Source of the DNA: Nanobdellota archaeon
Lineage (GTDB): Archaea > Aenigmatarchaeota > Aenigmatarchaeia > QMZP01
Direction: 5' to 3'
Assembly: GCA_018816245.1 (NCBI GenBank)
Contig: JAHIVW010000003.1
Coordinates: 321,453 to 385,452 of the forward strand
Length of the DNA stretch: 64,000 nucleotides
Shown here piece after piece: positions 18,684 to 26,879 of the stretch. Each line of letters starts with the position of its first letter. Position 1 is the stretch's first letter. The position numbers were made by a program, and so were the translations under genes. Under the pieces are notes generated by a model. That model was not told where the DNA came from. It saw nothing but the letters and a program-made list of their open reading frames with translations, and did not search any database.

Positions 18684-19178
18684 TTGTCAACTCTCAAGAT
18701 GACCAAAATCGTCAAGATTGAAACCACCACACTCGAGCCGTTTGAGAAGGATGCACGGATTGTTTCTATCGGGATCAAGGACACCCAGACAGGGGATGTC
18801 ATCATTCTCGCCGAGCAGGACGAACGGTTCCTCCTTGAGCAGTTCTGGAAGCAGGTCACTGATCGTGTTATTGGATTCAACTTTGATTTTGATTACCGGT
18901 GGCTCATTGTCCGTTCATTGAAACATCAGGTACCGGTGCAGCAACTTGTAGTGACGGACCTGCGGACGGTCCTCGGTCTTGGGAAGAAATTCGCTCCCGG
19001 AAAGCTGGAAGAGTTTGCAGAACTGATCGGCGAAGGTCGTGAGAAGTTCCACAGCCGGGAGATCCCCATTCTCTGGAAGCTGGGGAAACTGGAAGAGATC
19101 AAGTCATTCAACCAAGCCGACCTCGAACTAATTGAAAAACTCTACGAACGGATGAAGGTCATTGGATTGCTTCGGTGA
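18684..19178 (+). CDS. DnaQ/PolB-exonuclease-like RNase H-fold protein
   Basis: VKIETTTL (Exo I-like), GFNFDFDYRWL (Exo II-like) and NQADLELIEKLY (Exo III-like). The first acidic residue of Exo I appears replaced. Confidence 0.5.
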   Translation: MSTLKMTKIVKIETTTLEPFEKDARIVSIGIKDTQTGDVIILAEQDERFLLEQFWKQVTDRVIGFNFDFDYRWLIVRSLKHQVPVQQLVVTDLRTVLGLGKKFAPGKLEEFAELIGEGREKFHSREIPILWKLGKLEEIKSFNQADLELIEKLYERMKVIGLLR

Positions 19179-19182
19179 GGAT

Positions 19183-19725
19183 ATGATTATCACTATCTCG
19201 GGGCTAGCGGGTTCAGGAAAAAGTACGGCCGCAAAACTTCTTGCTAAGAAGCTCGACTACAAACACTACTCTATTGGCGACATGCGGGGTGAGATGGCAA
19301 AAGAACGTGGGATGTCCCTGGAAGAATTCAACATGCTTGGAGAAAAAGAGGCGTTTACTGATAAGGAAGTTGATGACTACCTCAAGAATGTGCTCGGGAA
19401 GCAGGACAACCTCGTGATTGATGGCCGGCTCGGCTTCTTTTTCATTCCCCACTCAGTGAAGATTTTCTTGATTGCTGACCTTGAGGAGCGAGCTAGGCGA
19501 GTTTTCTCTCATGAACGAGTTGATGAGCATTTTGAAAGCGTTGAAGCTGCAAAGAAATCCCTGCAAGCACGGGAACGGTCTGATACTTTTCGGTACCAGA
19601 AATACTATCACGTTGACTGGACTGAGCCCAAACACTTTGACCTGATTGTTGACACCACCCACATCCAACCCGAGGAGACGCTTGAGAAGATTCTGACGTT
19701 CCTTAAGAAAAAGGGAACAATATAA
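19183..19725 (+). CDS. cmk: Cytidylate kinase, archaeal type
   Basis: MIITISGLAGSGKSTAAKLLAKKL is the P-loop. Length and overall pattern fit archaeal CMP kinase. Confidence 0.8.
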   Translation: MIITISGLAGSGKSTAAKLLAKKLDYKHYSIGDMRGEMAKERGMSLEEFNMLGEKEAFTDKEVDDYLKNVLGKQDNLVIDGRLGFFFIPHSVKIFLIADLEERARRVFSHERVDEHFESVEAAKKSLQARERSDTFRYQKYYHVDWTEPKHFDLIVDTTHIQPEETLEKILTFLKKKGTI

Positions 19726-19748
19726 GGCGTCGCCACCGAGAGAAGGAT

Positions 19749-19937
19749 ATGCCAAAGCGACGAGCACGACAACGAGCAAAGAAAGAAAAGGTCAGCTCAG
19801 GAACAGCATTCGTTGGGTTCCTGTTTTTGGGACTCGCGTTCGGGATTCTCTACAACCAAGTCGCCGTTGGTGTCCTGGTAGGGCTTGGCCTCGGCTTCCT
19901 TGCAATGGTTGTTCTGCAGTACAAGGGATTCGAGTAA
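19749..19937 (+). CDS. Small membrane protein with basic N-terminus
   Basis: 62 aa, with MPKRRARQRAKKEK followed by two hydrophobic helices. Confidence 0.4.
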   Translation: MPKRRARQRAKKEKVSSGTAFVGFLFLGLAFGILYNQVAVGVLVGLGLGFLAMVVLQYKGFE

Positions 19938-19938
19938 G

Positions 19939-20190
19939 CTACGACTGATTGAGGATGACCCGCTTTGTGAAGTGGCCCCGGTCAGTTGCCCTTTGGTTTT
20001 GGATCTTGCGGAGTATTTCTTGATCGATGTTTTTGAAAGTCCAAATGGCCTCAAGAACTTCGAGGGTGTCAGCGAGTTCTTCCTCGGTGCTGTTTTCAAG
20101 AAACTCGCTCACCTCTTCCTGAAGTTTTTCCTTAAGTTTCTGCCAGTGTATTAAAGAGGTAGAATATGGAATATCTCCGATGCCAATCAT
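19939..20190 (-). CDS. MazG-like all-alpha NTP pyrophosphohydrolase (short form)
   Basis: KLKEKLQEEVSEFLENSTEEELADTLEVLEAIW resembles the EExxE/D MazG-type core. The start is uncertain: either candidate ATG (20190 or 20229) overlaps the divergent zinc-ribbon gene. Confidence 0.5.
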   Translation of the reverse strand: MIGIGDIPYSTSLIHWQKLKEKLQEEVSEFLENSTEEELADTLEVLEAIWTFKNIDQEILRKIQNQRATDRGHFTKRVILNQS

Positions 20191-20423
20191 GTGGGATGCC
20201 CTTGAGAAAGGAAGATGACTCAGGAACAAACCGCGACGGCAGCAAGAGCGACGAATACTGCCACTTTTGTTTTCAGAACGGCGTCTTCATGGATGAAGGG
20301 ATCTCTCTTGATGGTAAAATTGAGAAGGTTACGGACATAGCGATCAAGATGGACATACCGGAACATCAGGCAAGGTCCATGGCAGAAACCTTGCTCCCGA
20401 GCCTGAAGCGATGGAAGAAATAA
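20166..20423 (+). CDS. Zinc-ribbon domain protein
   Basis: CQSCGMP...YCHFCF gives four Cys in ribbon spacing. 85 aa. Confidence 0.6.
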   Translation: MEYLRCQSCGMPLRKEDDSGTNRDGSKSDEYCHFCFQNGVFMDEGISLDGKIEKVTDIAIKMDIPEHQARSMAETLLPSLKRWKK

Positions 20424-20451
20424 GTGTCCTGGTGTGACAAGAGTCACAGTT

Positions 20452-21723
20452 ATGTGCTACGCTATCCCTGGGAGGGTCGTTTCCATCAAGGGTCAGATTG
20501 CTGTTGTTGATTATTTTGGTGAACAGCGGACTGTCTTGAATGACAACGATGATATTCAGCCTGGGGATTATGTCTATGCACAGGGCGGTATTCTCATTAA
20601 CAAGATTGCGGAAAAGGACGCCCGTGAGATCTTGGGGTTCTGGAAGGAGAAATTTTTTGAGCTGAAAAAAATTGACGCCCAGTATTCGAAACTCCATACA
20701 TCAGGAGAGGGAGAACTTCTCCGAATCTTGCAGAGGGTGAACGTGAAACAGAAATTGAACAATGAGGAATTCATTTATCTCTTGAATCTACAGACAAAGG
20801 AAGAACAAAGCCTTCTTTTTGAAACCGCAAACGTTGTGAGACAAAAAGAGCATGACAACGCGTGTTGTGTTCACGGAATCATCGAGTTTTCAAATTATTG
20901 CCGATGTGACTGTTTCTACTGTGGCCTCAGGAAGTCAACGTCCCAAAAGCGGTACCGGATGACACCCGAGGAAATAATCTCAGCAGCGACATACGCCGTC
21001 AACGAGCTTGGTTTCAAGGCGCTTGTCCTCCAATCTGGAGAAGATGAATGGTATGATGAGGAAAAGCTCGTGACTCTTGTCAAGGAAATCAGAAAACTGA
21101 ATGTCCTTATTTTTCTGAGCATCGGAGAACGAAGCAAAGCATTGTACAAGAAGCTCTACGAGACCGGAGCACGGGCCGTTCTCTTACGATTTGAAACATC
21201 GAACAAGGAAATTTTCCAGAACTTGAGACCTGGAACGAATCTTGAGCAGCGCTTGGATTTGATCCGCTACGCGAAGGAACTTGGCTACATTGTTGCGACA
21301 GGATTCCTGATCGGACTCCCCGGAGAAACAGAAGAAGACATTCTCAACAACATTATGCTGACGAAGTCGCTCGGTGCTGATATGTATTCATTTGGACCGC
21401 TGATCCCTGCAGCAGGAACACCGTTAGAAAAGGAACCTCTTGGAGAAAAAAGCGCAGTGTTGAAAACAATAGCCGTAACACGGTTGCTTGACAGAAAAGC
21501 CAAGATCTTGGTGACAACAGCACTCGAAACGCTTGGGGATAATGCAAAGAAAGAGGGTTTGCTTGCCGGAGCCAATTCGTTGATGATCAATGTTACCCCG
21601 CCAACATACAGGGATTTATATATCATCTATCCAAAACATGGGAAAGAGGTCAAGAAAGCAATTCAAGAAACCATTGACCTGTTGTATTCCTTGGGGAGAG
21701 CACCAACGGATTTGGGGTTGTGA
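20452..21723 (+). CDS. HypC-like domain fused to HydE-like radical SAM enzyme
   Basis: The N-terminus MCYAIPGRVVSIKGQIAVVDYFGEQRTV...PGDYVYAQGGILINKIAEKDAREIL matches the HypC/HupF family. The radical SAM core has NYCRCDCFYCGLRKS (CX3CX2C with the HydE-like CGLR context). Confidence 0.75.
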   Translation: MCYAIPGRVVSIKGQIAVVDYFGEQRTVLNDNDDIQPGDYVYAQGGILINKIAEKDAREILGFWKEKFFELKKIDAQYSKLHTSGEGELLRILQRVNVKQKLNNEEFIYLLNLQTKEEQSLLFETANVVRQKEHDNACCVHGIIEFSNYCRCDCFYCGLRKSTSQKRYRMTPEEIISAATYAVNELGFKALVLQSGEDEWYDEEKLVTLVKEIRKLNVLIFLSIGERSKALYKKLYETGARAVLLRFETSNKEIFQNLRPGTNLEQRLDLIRYAKELGYIVATGFLIGLPGETEEDILNNIMLTKSLGADMYSFGPLIPAAGTPLEKEPLGEKSAVLKTIAVTRLLDRKAKILVTTALETLGDNAKKEGLLAGANSLMINVTPPTYRDLYIIYPKHGKEVKKAIQETIDLLYSLGRAPTDLGL

Positions 21724-21724
21724 C

Positions 21725-23104
21725 ATGCCAATTATCAAGGACATTGTCAATGAAGAGCTGTTACACCGGACTCTTGAGAAGACGAAGAATCCAACAGAAG
21801 AACAGATTATCGGAATTTTGAGGAAAGCACGGAAAAAACAAGGGCTAACATTGGAGGAGGTTGGGGCACTCTTAAATGCGACTGATCCAGCATTGACTCA
21901 GCAGATGTTTTCAACTGCAGGAAAAATTAAACGGGATATTTATGGGGAACGGCTTGTTCTTTTCGCCCCATTGTATGTTTCGAGTTTTTGTGTGAATGAC
22001 TGTGCCTATTGTGGATTTCGTGCACGAAATACCGCTGAGCGGAAGAAACTGTCACTCGAAGAAGTTCGGGAACAGGTCAGAATCCTTGAGGATATGGGAC
22101 ATAAACGGTTGCTGTTGGAGTTTGGTGAACATCCAACCGAAACACCAATTGACTATATTGTTGAAGTGATCAGGACGATCTATGATACCAAATCGGGGAA
22201 AGGGGAGATCAGACGGGTGAACGTGAACATCGCTGCAACCACGGTCGAAGCGTACCAGAAGCTCAAGGCAGTTGGTATTGGGACCTACCAACTATTTCAA
22301 GAAACGTACCACCGGGAGACGTATCAGAAGTTGCATCAGGGGTTGAAGGCAGACTATGAGCGACAGTTGTTTGCCCATGACCGGGCCTTTGCAGCAGGGA
22401 TTGATGACATCGGACTCGGGGTCTTATTTGGGTTGTACGATTATCGGTTTGAGGTATTGGCTCTGATATCCCACGCACAGTATCTTGACAGGACCTACGG
22501 TGTCGGTCCACATACCTTCTCGGTCCCTCGCTGGCAGCCGGCTGATGCTGTTGCTTGGGAGGAACCACCGGCTCCGGTTTCTGAAAATGAACTTCTCAAT
22601 ATCATCGCCATCTTACGGATGGCGGTCCCGTATACAGGCATGATCATTTCGACACGGGAACGACCTGAGATCCGGGAAAAGGCATTTGAGATCGGGATTT
22701 CGCAAACCTCTGCAGCCTCGCGAACAGCTCCAGGAGGATACGGAAAATCAGAGAAGCTTGCTCAATTTTCTTTGGCAGATCACCGAACGGTTGATGATGT
22801 TCTGAAGGGGATTCTGAAACAGGGATTGCTCCCGAGCTTTTGTACTGCCTGTTATCGCAAGGGACGAACAGGAGCAACGTTCATGGATCTTGCCAAGCCA
22901 GGTAATATTCACAATCTTTGTCGGCCGAACGCTCTCTTGACATTCAAGGAATATCTTGAAGATTATGCGTCGCCCGAAGTCAAGGAACGCGGTCTGTTGG
23001 TGATTGAGAACTATCTAGCACAAATTCCTGATGCAGCAACGAAACGGGAAACACGGGCCCGTCTCGACCGGATTGAACAAGGGGAACGGGATTTGTACTT
23101 TTAG
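21725..23104 (+). CDS. hydG: HydG-like radical SAM enzyme (ThiH/HydG family with C-terminal cluster motif)
   Basis: The N-terminal motif is CVNDCAYCGF. The C-terminal segment is SFCTACYRKGRTGATFMDLAKPGNIHNLC, an exact CX2CX22C. It starts 1 nt after the HydE-like stop. Confidence 0.8.
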   Translation: MPIIKDIVNEELLHRTLEKTKNPTEEQIIGILRKARKKQGLTLEEVGALLNATDPALTQQMFSTAGKIKRDIYGERLVLFAPLYVSSFCVNDCAYCGFRARNTAERKKLSLEEVREQVRILEDMGHKRLLLEFGEHPTETPIDYIVEVIRTIYDTKSGKGEIRRVNVNIAATTVEAYQKLKAVGIGTYQLFQETYHRETYQKLHQGLKADYERQLFAHDRAFAAGIDDIGLGVLFGLYDYRFEVLALISHAQYLDRTYGVGPHTFSVPRWQPADAVAWEEPPAPVSENELLNIIAILRMAVPYTGMIISTRERPEIREKAFEIGISQTSAASRTAPGGYGKSEKLAQFSLADHRTVDDVLKGILKQGLLPSFCTACYRKGRTGATFMDLAKPGNIHNLCRPNALLTFKEYLEDYASPEVKERGLLVIENYLAQIPDAATKRETRARLDRIEQGERDLYF

Positions 23105-23118
23105 TCTGAGATAATGTG

Positions 23119-23511
23119 TTACGCAACGACGAGCTTTGCTCGCTGAATTTGTTTCGTCTGCTGAAATCGGTGAAGCATCTCGTGAACGTCTTTCGCCTCT
23201 CCCTTCACGACAACGATCTCAAAACAACCTTGTTTGGTGTTCGTATGGAGTTGTGTTTCCACAAGCGGTTGAAATTCATGGATGATCTGGATCACCTCGG
23301 CAGCGGCGCGGTGGTGATGAACCAAGAGAAGGACACCAGTGATTTTTCCGGCAACCATGTGCTCTTTTCGTTCCTCCTGAAGATTCCGGAGTGCCAGACG
23401 AATGAGATCGCTTCTTCCTCTTGTTTTGAAGTGCTGCTGGAGTGCTATCGCTAAGGCGCTCGTTTCAGGATCCAGCGAGATGCTGATGATTTCGTGGGAC
23501 ATATGGCTCAT
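23119..23511 (-). CDS. nikR: NikR-like ribbon-helix-helix, metal-responsive regulator
   Basis: The RHH N-terminus is ISISLDPETSALAIALQ. The C-terminal domain carries GVLLLVHHHRAAAEVIQIIHEF. Start is taken at MSHMSHEI. Confidence 0.7.
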   Translation of the reverse strand: MSHMSHEIISISLDPETSALAIALQQHFKTRGRSDLIRLALRNLQEERKEHMVAGKITGVLLLVHHHRAAAEVIQIIHEFQPLVETQLHTNTKQGCFEIVVVKGEAKDVHEMLHRFQQTKQIQRAKLVVA

Positions 23512-23537
23512 TAATAGTATCAGGAAAGGATAGAAGT

Positions 23538-23566
23538 TATTAATTATATTCATGTATTTATTAATA
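23538..23566. promoter_or_regulatory. Inverted repeat TATTAAT-N15-ATTAATA in the nikR/ZIP divergent intergenic region (candidate operator)
   Basis: The half-sites at 23538-23544 and 23560-23566 are exact reverse complements. They lie between the divergent nikR and ZIP starts. Confidence 0.4.
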
Positions 23567-23585
23567 CCACCAGAAAGAAGAGGGT

Positions 23586-24335
23586 ATGGTAGACCTCACA
23601 CTTATCCTCGGGGCGGTCATTCTTGTCAGTTTAGTTTCACTTCTGGGTGCTTTGACGCTCCTCAAGACGCGCTTGGTGAATACGCTGCTCTTTGTCTTTG
23701 CAAGCTTTGCTGCAGGGACCCTTCTTGGAAGTGCATTCTTGGGGCTCCTCCCTGAAGCAATTGAGGAAGCCACAAGTGTGGAGTTTGCCCTCTTCTATGC
23801 ACTTGCCGGGGTTGTCCTCTTCTTTATCATCGAACGTGGGTTGCATTGGCATCATTACCACGCCAAGAAAGAGTCACATCCCTTTACGTACTTGAACCTC
23901 ATTGGTGACGGGATCCACAACTTCGTTGACGGTGTTTTGATTACCGCCTCTTTCTTTTTGTCTGTTCCCCTTGGGTTTGCCACAACGCTTGCGATCATTG
24001 TTCACGAGATTCCCCAGGAATTGTCTGACTTCGGTCTCTTAATCTATGGTGGGTGGTCCGCGAAGCGAGCACTGGTGGCCAACTTCATCACCGCGCTCAC
24101 TGCTGTTGTCGGGGCAATTGTGGGGTATCTTTTCTTGAGTGTGATCGAGACCGCCATTGTCCCGCTTGTCAGTATTGCTGCAGGTGGGTTTCTCTATATT
24201 GCCTCAGCGGACCTTGTTCCTGAAATCCATAAAGAGCGGGACTGGAAAAAAATTATTGTCCAGATTCTGGTGTTCTTGCTTGGGATTGCGATCATCTGGG
24301 CTGTCGGTGTCTTTGGACCAAGCCATAGTCATTGA
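23586..24335 (+). CDS. zupT: ZIP-family divalent metal transporter (ZupT-like)
   Basis: HEIPQELSDFGLLI signature within about 8 TM helices. Confidence 0.9.
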   Translation: MVDLTLILGAVILVSLVSLLGALTLLKTRLVNTLLFVFASFAAGTLLGSAFLGLLPEAIEEATSVEFALFYALAGVVLFFIIERGLHWHHYHAKKESHPFTYLNLIGDGIHNFVDGVLITASFFLSVPLGFATTLAIIVHEIPQELSDFGLLIYGGWSAKRALVANFITALTAVVGAIVGYLFLSVIETAIVPLVSIAAGGFLYIASADLVPEIHKERDWKKIIVQILVFLLGIAIIWAVGVFGPSHSH

Positions 24336-24500
24336 TGTTGGCGATAACGCCATGAAAGTTTAATACTCCTTCAATCAATAGAATACTATAACTTAAAGGG
24401 GTGTGTCACACATGGCCAAGAAAAAAAAAGCCAAAAAGAAGAAGTAATCTTTCTTGCTGACTCCAACAGAGTCGCTTGTATTCGTTTTTCTTTGTTTCTT

Positions 24501-24785
24501 TTATTTCCAGGTAATTTTCGCCAAGACCGCCAAGCCAGCAAGCTGAACCACATTGACCAGTGCATTATGGGTTCCGAGGAAGCCAGCAAAAGCGTCTGGA
24601 TCAAGCAACAAGAAAATCAGATCGAGGATGTTCTCGAAAAGGAAAAGCCCCGCGAAGACGATTAAAGCGAGGGTGAACGGTGCTTTGGCTTTCATGTAAC
24701 TCGAGAGGTACACGTAAAGAATCGAGAGCGCGAGCAGCACATTGACGCCGGCAAGCCCGGTGAAGATGATTGCGAGTCCTCCCAT
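24501..24785 (-). CDS. Small membrane protein (3 TM)
   Basis: 94 aa and hydrophobic. It lies immediately downstream of the wHTH gene. Confidence 0.45.
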   Translation of the reverse strand: MGGLAIIFTGLAGVNVLLALSILYVYLSSYMKAKAPFTLALIVFAGLFLFENILDLIFLLLDPDAFAGFLGTHNALVNVVQLAGLAVLAKITWK

Positions 24786-24789
24786 ACCA

Positions 24790-25131
24790 TCACTTTGCTT
24801 TTGACCCCTTTATGTCCTTTTTCCCTAATTTGACGAGGATCTCGTCCAGAATCTCGATATTATTCTCGAGAAGGGGGGTCAGAAAATAGAGCATCCCGTA
24901 TTTCTTCTCGCCTTCATTCGTGGTGATGATGTTGTTCTGTTTCAGCACCCGGATGTGATGCTCCACGGTCTTGTAGTCGAGTTCAAGGGTCTTGGCAATT
25001 TGGTGTGCGTTGTAGGGGCGCTTCATGAGGAGCATCAGAAGTTTTGCCCGGATTTCACCTCCCCGGGTCCCTGCGAGAAGGTACCAGAGGGTCCGGGAGA
25101 GGTTCTTGAGATAGGGATTCTGAAGCTCCAT
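24790..25131 (-). CDS. ArsR-like winged-helix transcriptional regulator
   Basis: RAKLLMLLMKRPYNAHQIAKTLELDYKTVEHHIRVLKQNNII is the HTH. Confidence 0.65.
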   Translation of the reverse strand: MELQNPYLKNLSRTLWYLLAGTRGGEIRAKLLMLLMKRPYNAHQIAKTLELDYKTVEHHIRVLKQNNIITTNEGEKKYGMLYFLTPLLENNIEILDEILVKLGKKDIKGSKAK

Positions 25132-25160
25132 GGACATCTCTTGGACGAGCAACGTTAAAA

Positions 25161-26879
25161 TTACATCTCCTCTGGGGCGGCAATGCCGAGGAGCGCGAGA
25201 CCGGTGTAGAGGACTGTTTTCGTTGCGGCGACGAGGGCAATCCTTGCCGCTTTCACAGCTGCGTCAGCCTGAAGCACAGGAACTGCCTGATAGAAGTGGT
25301 TGAATGCGGTCGCAAGGTCGAAGATGGCGTGTGCAATAATGTGTGGTTTGTTTTCTCGAACCGTTCGGTGGATGGCATGCGGGAAGTGGGCAAGGGAACG
25401 GAGCACCGCGATTTCCTTGGTATCAGTGAGCGCAGCTGCACGGAATGATGGCGGTGTGGTGACACCCCCTTTCTTCAGGATTGAGGTACACCGGGCATGG
25501 GTATATTGAAGATAGGGACCTGTATCACCTTCAAAGGAAAGGAGGTCATCCCAAGAGAACACAATGTTCTTGATCCGATCTCGGGAGAGGTCAGCATACT
25601 TGAGCGCTCCCACACCAACATGGAAGGCAACGTCCTTGCCGCGGTCGGTCGTGAAGAGATCTGGATTCTTTTCTTTCATAATGGTTTCTGCGCGACGTGC
25701 TGCCTCGGCAATCACATCATTGAGATAAACAACACGTCCTTTTCGGGTGCTCATCTTACCGCCAGGGAGGGACATGAGCCCGAAATCAACGTGCGTCGCA
25801 CGAATCACGTCAGGGAGAAGGTTGAGCTTCTTGGCTGCTGCAAAGAGTTGTTGAAAATAGAGTTTTTGTTCTGAGCCAACAACGTAGAGGAGCGAGAAGA
25901 TGTTCGGGATTTTGATTCGTTCCTGCAACATCGCGAGATCGCGGCTTGCGTAGATCGTTGATTCGTTTGATTTCTGGATGATGAGTGGTGGGAGCGGATC
26001 AAGAGGAACGATCCAAGCACCCTTTGATTCCTTTACGATTCCTTGTTTCAGCGCATCCTGGGTCAGGTGCTTTGCTGCAGCAACGTAGCGCCGCTCGCCA
26101 CTCCAGGTATCAAAAGAAATGTTCAAGAGATCATAGGTTTTCTTGAAGCTTTCAGCACTGAGTTTCCAGAACCACTCGAATGTTTTAACGAGCTTGGGAT
26201 CGCCCTCTTCGAGTTTCCGGAAGGCCTCCCGGGCAGCGTCTTCCAAGGTCGGATCCTTTTCTGCCTTGTCATGGAACTGCACATACAAGGAAAGCAATTC
26301 AGGGATAGGGTCGTTCTTGACTTTTTCTTCTGATCCCCATTTCTCGTAGGCAACGAGAAGCTTCCCGAACTGTGTTCCCCAGTCACCGACGTGGTTGTCC
26401 CGGATGATTTTGTAGCCGAGATGTTGGTAGATGCGGGCAAGCGCATCGCCGATGATGGTTGAGCGCATATGGCCGACAGACATCGGCTTTGCAATATTCG
26501 GGCTAGAAAAATCGACGAGAACTGTTTTTTCGTTTCCGATGCTTGAACTACCGAAGGCGTTCCCCTTGGTAATAATGTCTTTCAGGAGGTGATCCCCGAA
26601 AAGAGACCAGTTAGCAGTGATGTTGAGGTATGGTCCGGCGGCGTCAAACCGTTTGATGATGCCGGCTGGCTTGAGGGTTCCCGCAAGATTGTCGGCAATT
26701 TCGTTCGGGGATTTCCTCAGTTGTTTGGCAAGCGCATAACACGGAAAGGCGAGATCGGCGTTTGTTTGTGGAGGAGGGATCTCAAGCTGCTCCTCGACAA
26801 CCGATGACGGCATCTTCGTTTGGGTAGCAATGAGTTCGACAACGGCGTTGAAGAAGGGATTATCGGGGTCCATGGTCAC
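25161..26879 (-). CDS. argS: Arginyl-tRNA synthetase
   Basis: Class I motifs SPNIAKPMSVGHMRS and GGKMSTRKG, with a C-terminal anticodon-binding domain ending ...APEEM. Confidence 0.95.
   Translation of the reverse strand: MTMDPDNPFFNAVVELIATQTKMPSSVVEEQLEIPPPQTNADLAFPCYALAKQLRKSPNEIADNLAGTLKPAGIIKRFDAAGPYLNITANWSLFGDHLLKDIITKGNAFGSSSIGNEKTVLVDFSSPNIAKPMSVGHMRSTIIGDALARIYQHLGYKIIRDNHVGDWGTQFGKLLVAYEKWGSEEKVKNDPIPELLSLYVQFHDKAEKDPTLEDAAREAFRKLEEGDPKLVKTFEWFWKLSAESFKKTYDLLNISFDTWSGERRYVAAAKHLTQDALKQGIVKESKGAWIVPLDPLPPLIIQKSNESTIYASRDLAMLQERIKIPNIFSLLYVVGSEQKLYFQQLFAAAKKLNLLPDVIRATHVDFGLMSLPGGKMSTRKGRVVYLNDVIAEAARRAETIMKEKNPDLFTTDRGKDVAFHVGVGALKYADLSRDRIKNIVFSWDDLLSFEGDTGPYLQYTHARCTSILKKGGVTTPPSFRAAALTDTKEIAVLRSLAHFPHAIHRTVRENKPHIIAHAIFDLATAFNHFYQAVPVLQADAAVKAARIALVAATKTVLYTGLALLGIAAPEEM

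Noticed and set aside
18104-18880. 258-aa ORF antisense to the ABC ATPase and exonuclease-like genes
   Set aside because: It spans two well-supported plus-strand genes and their spacer, and has no recognisable domain.
24412-24447. 11-codon ORF MAKKKKAKKKK with an upstream AAAGGGG
   Set aside because: It is too short and low-complexity to support. It is much shorter than L41e-type basic peptides and is most likely an A-rich spacer.
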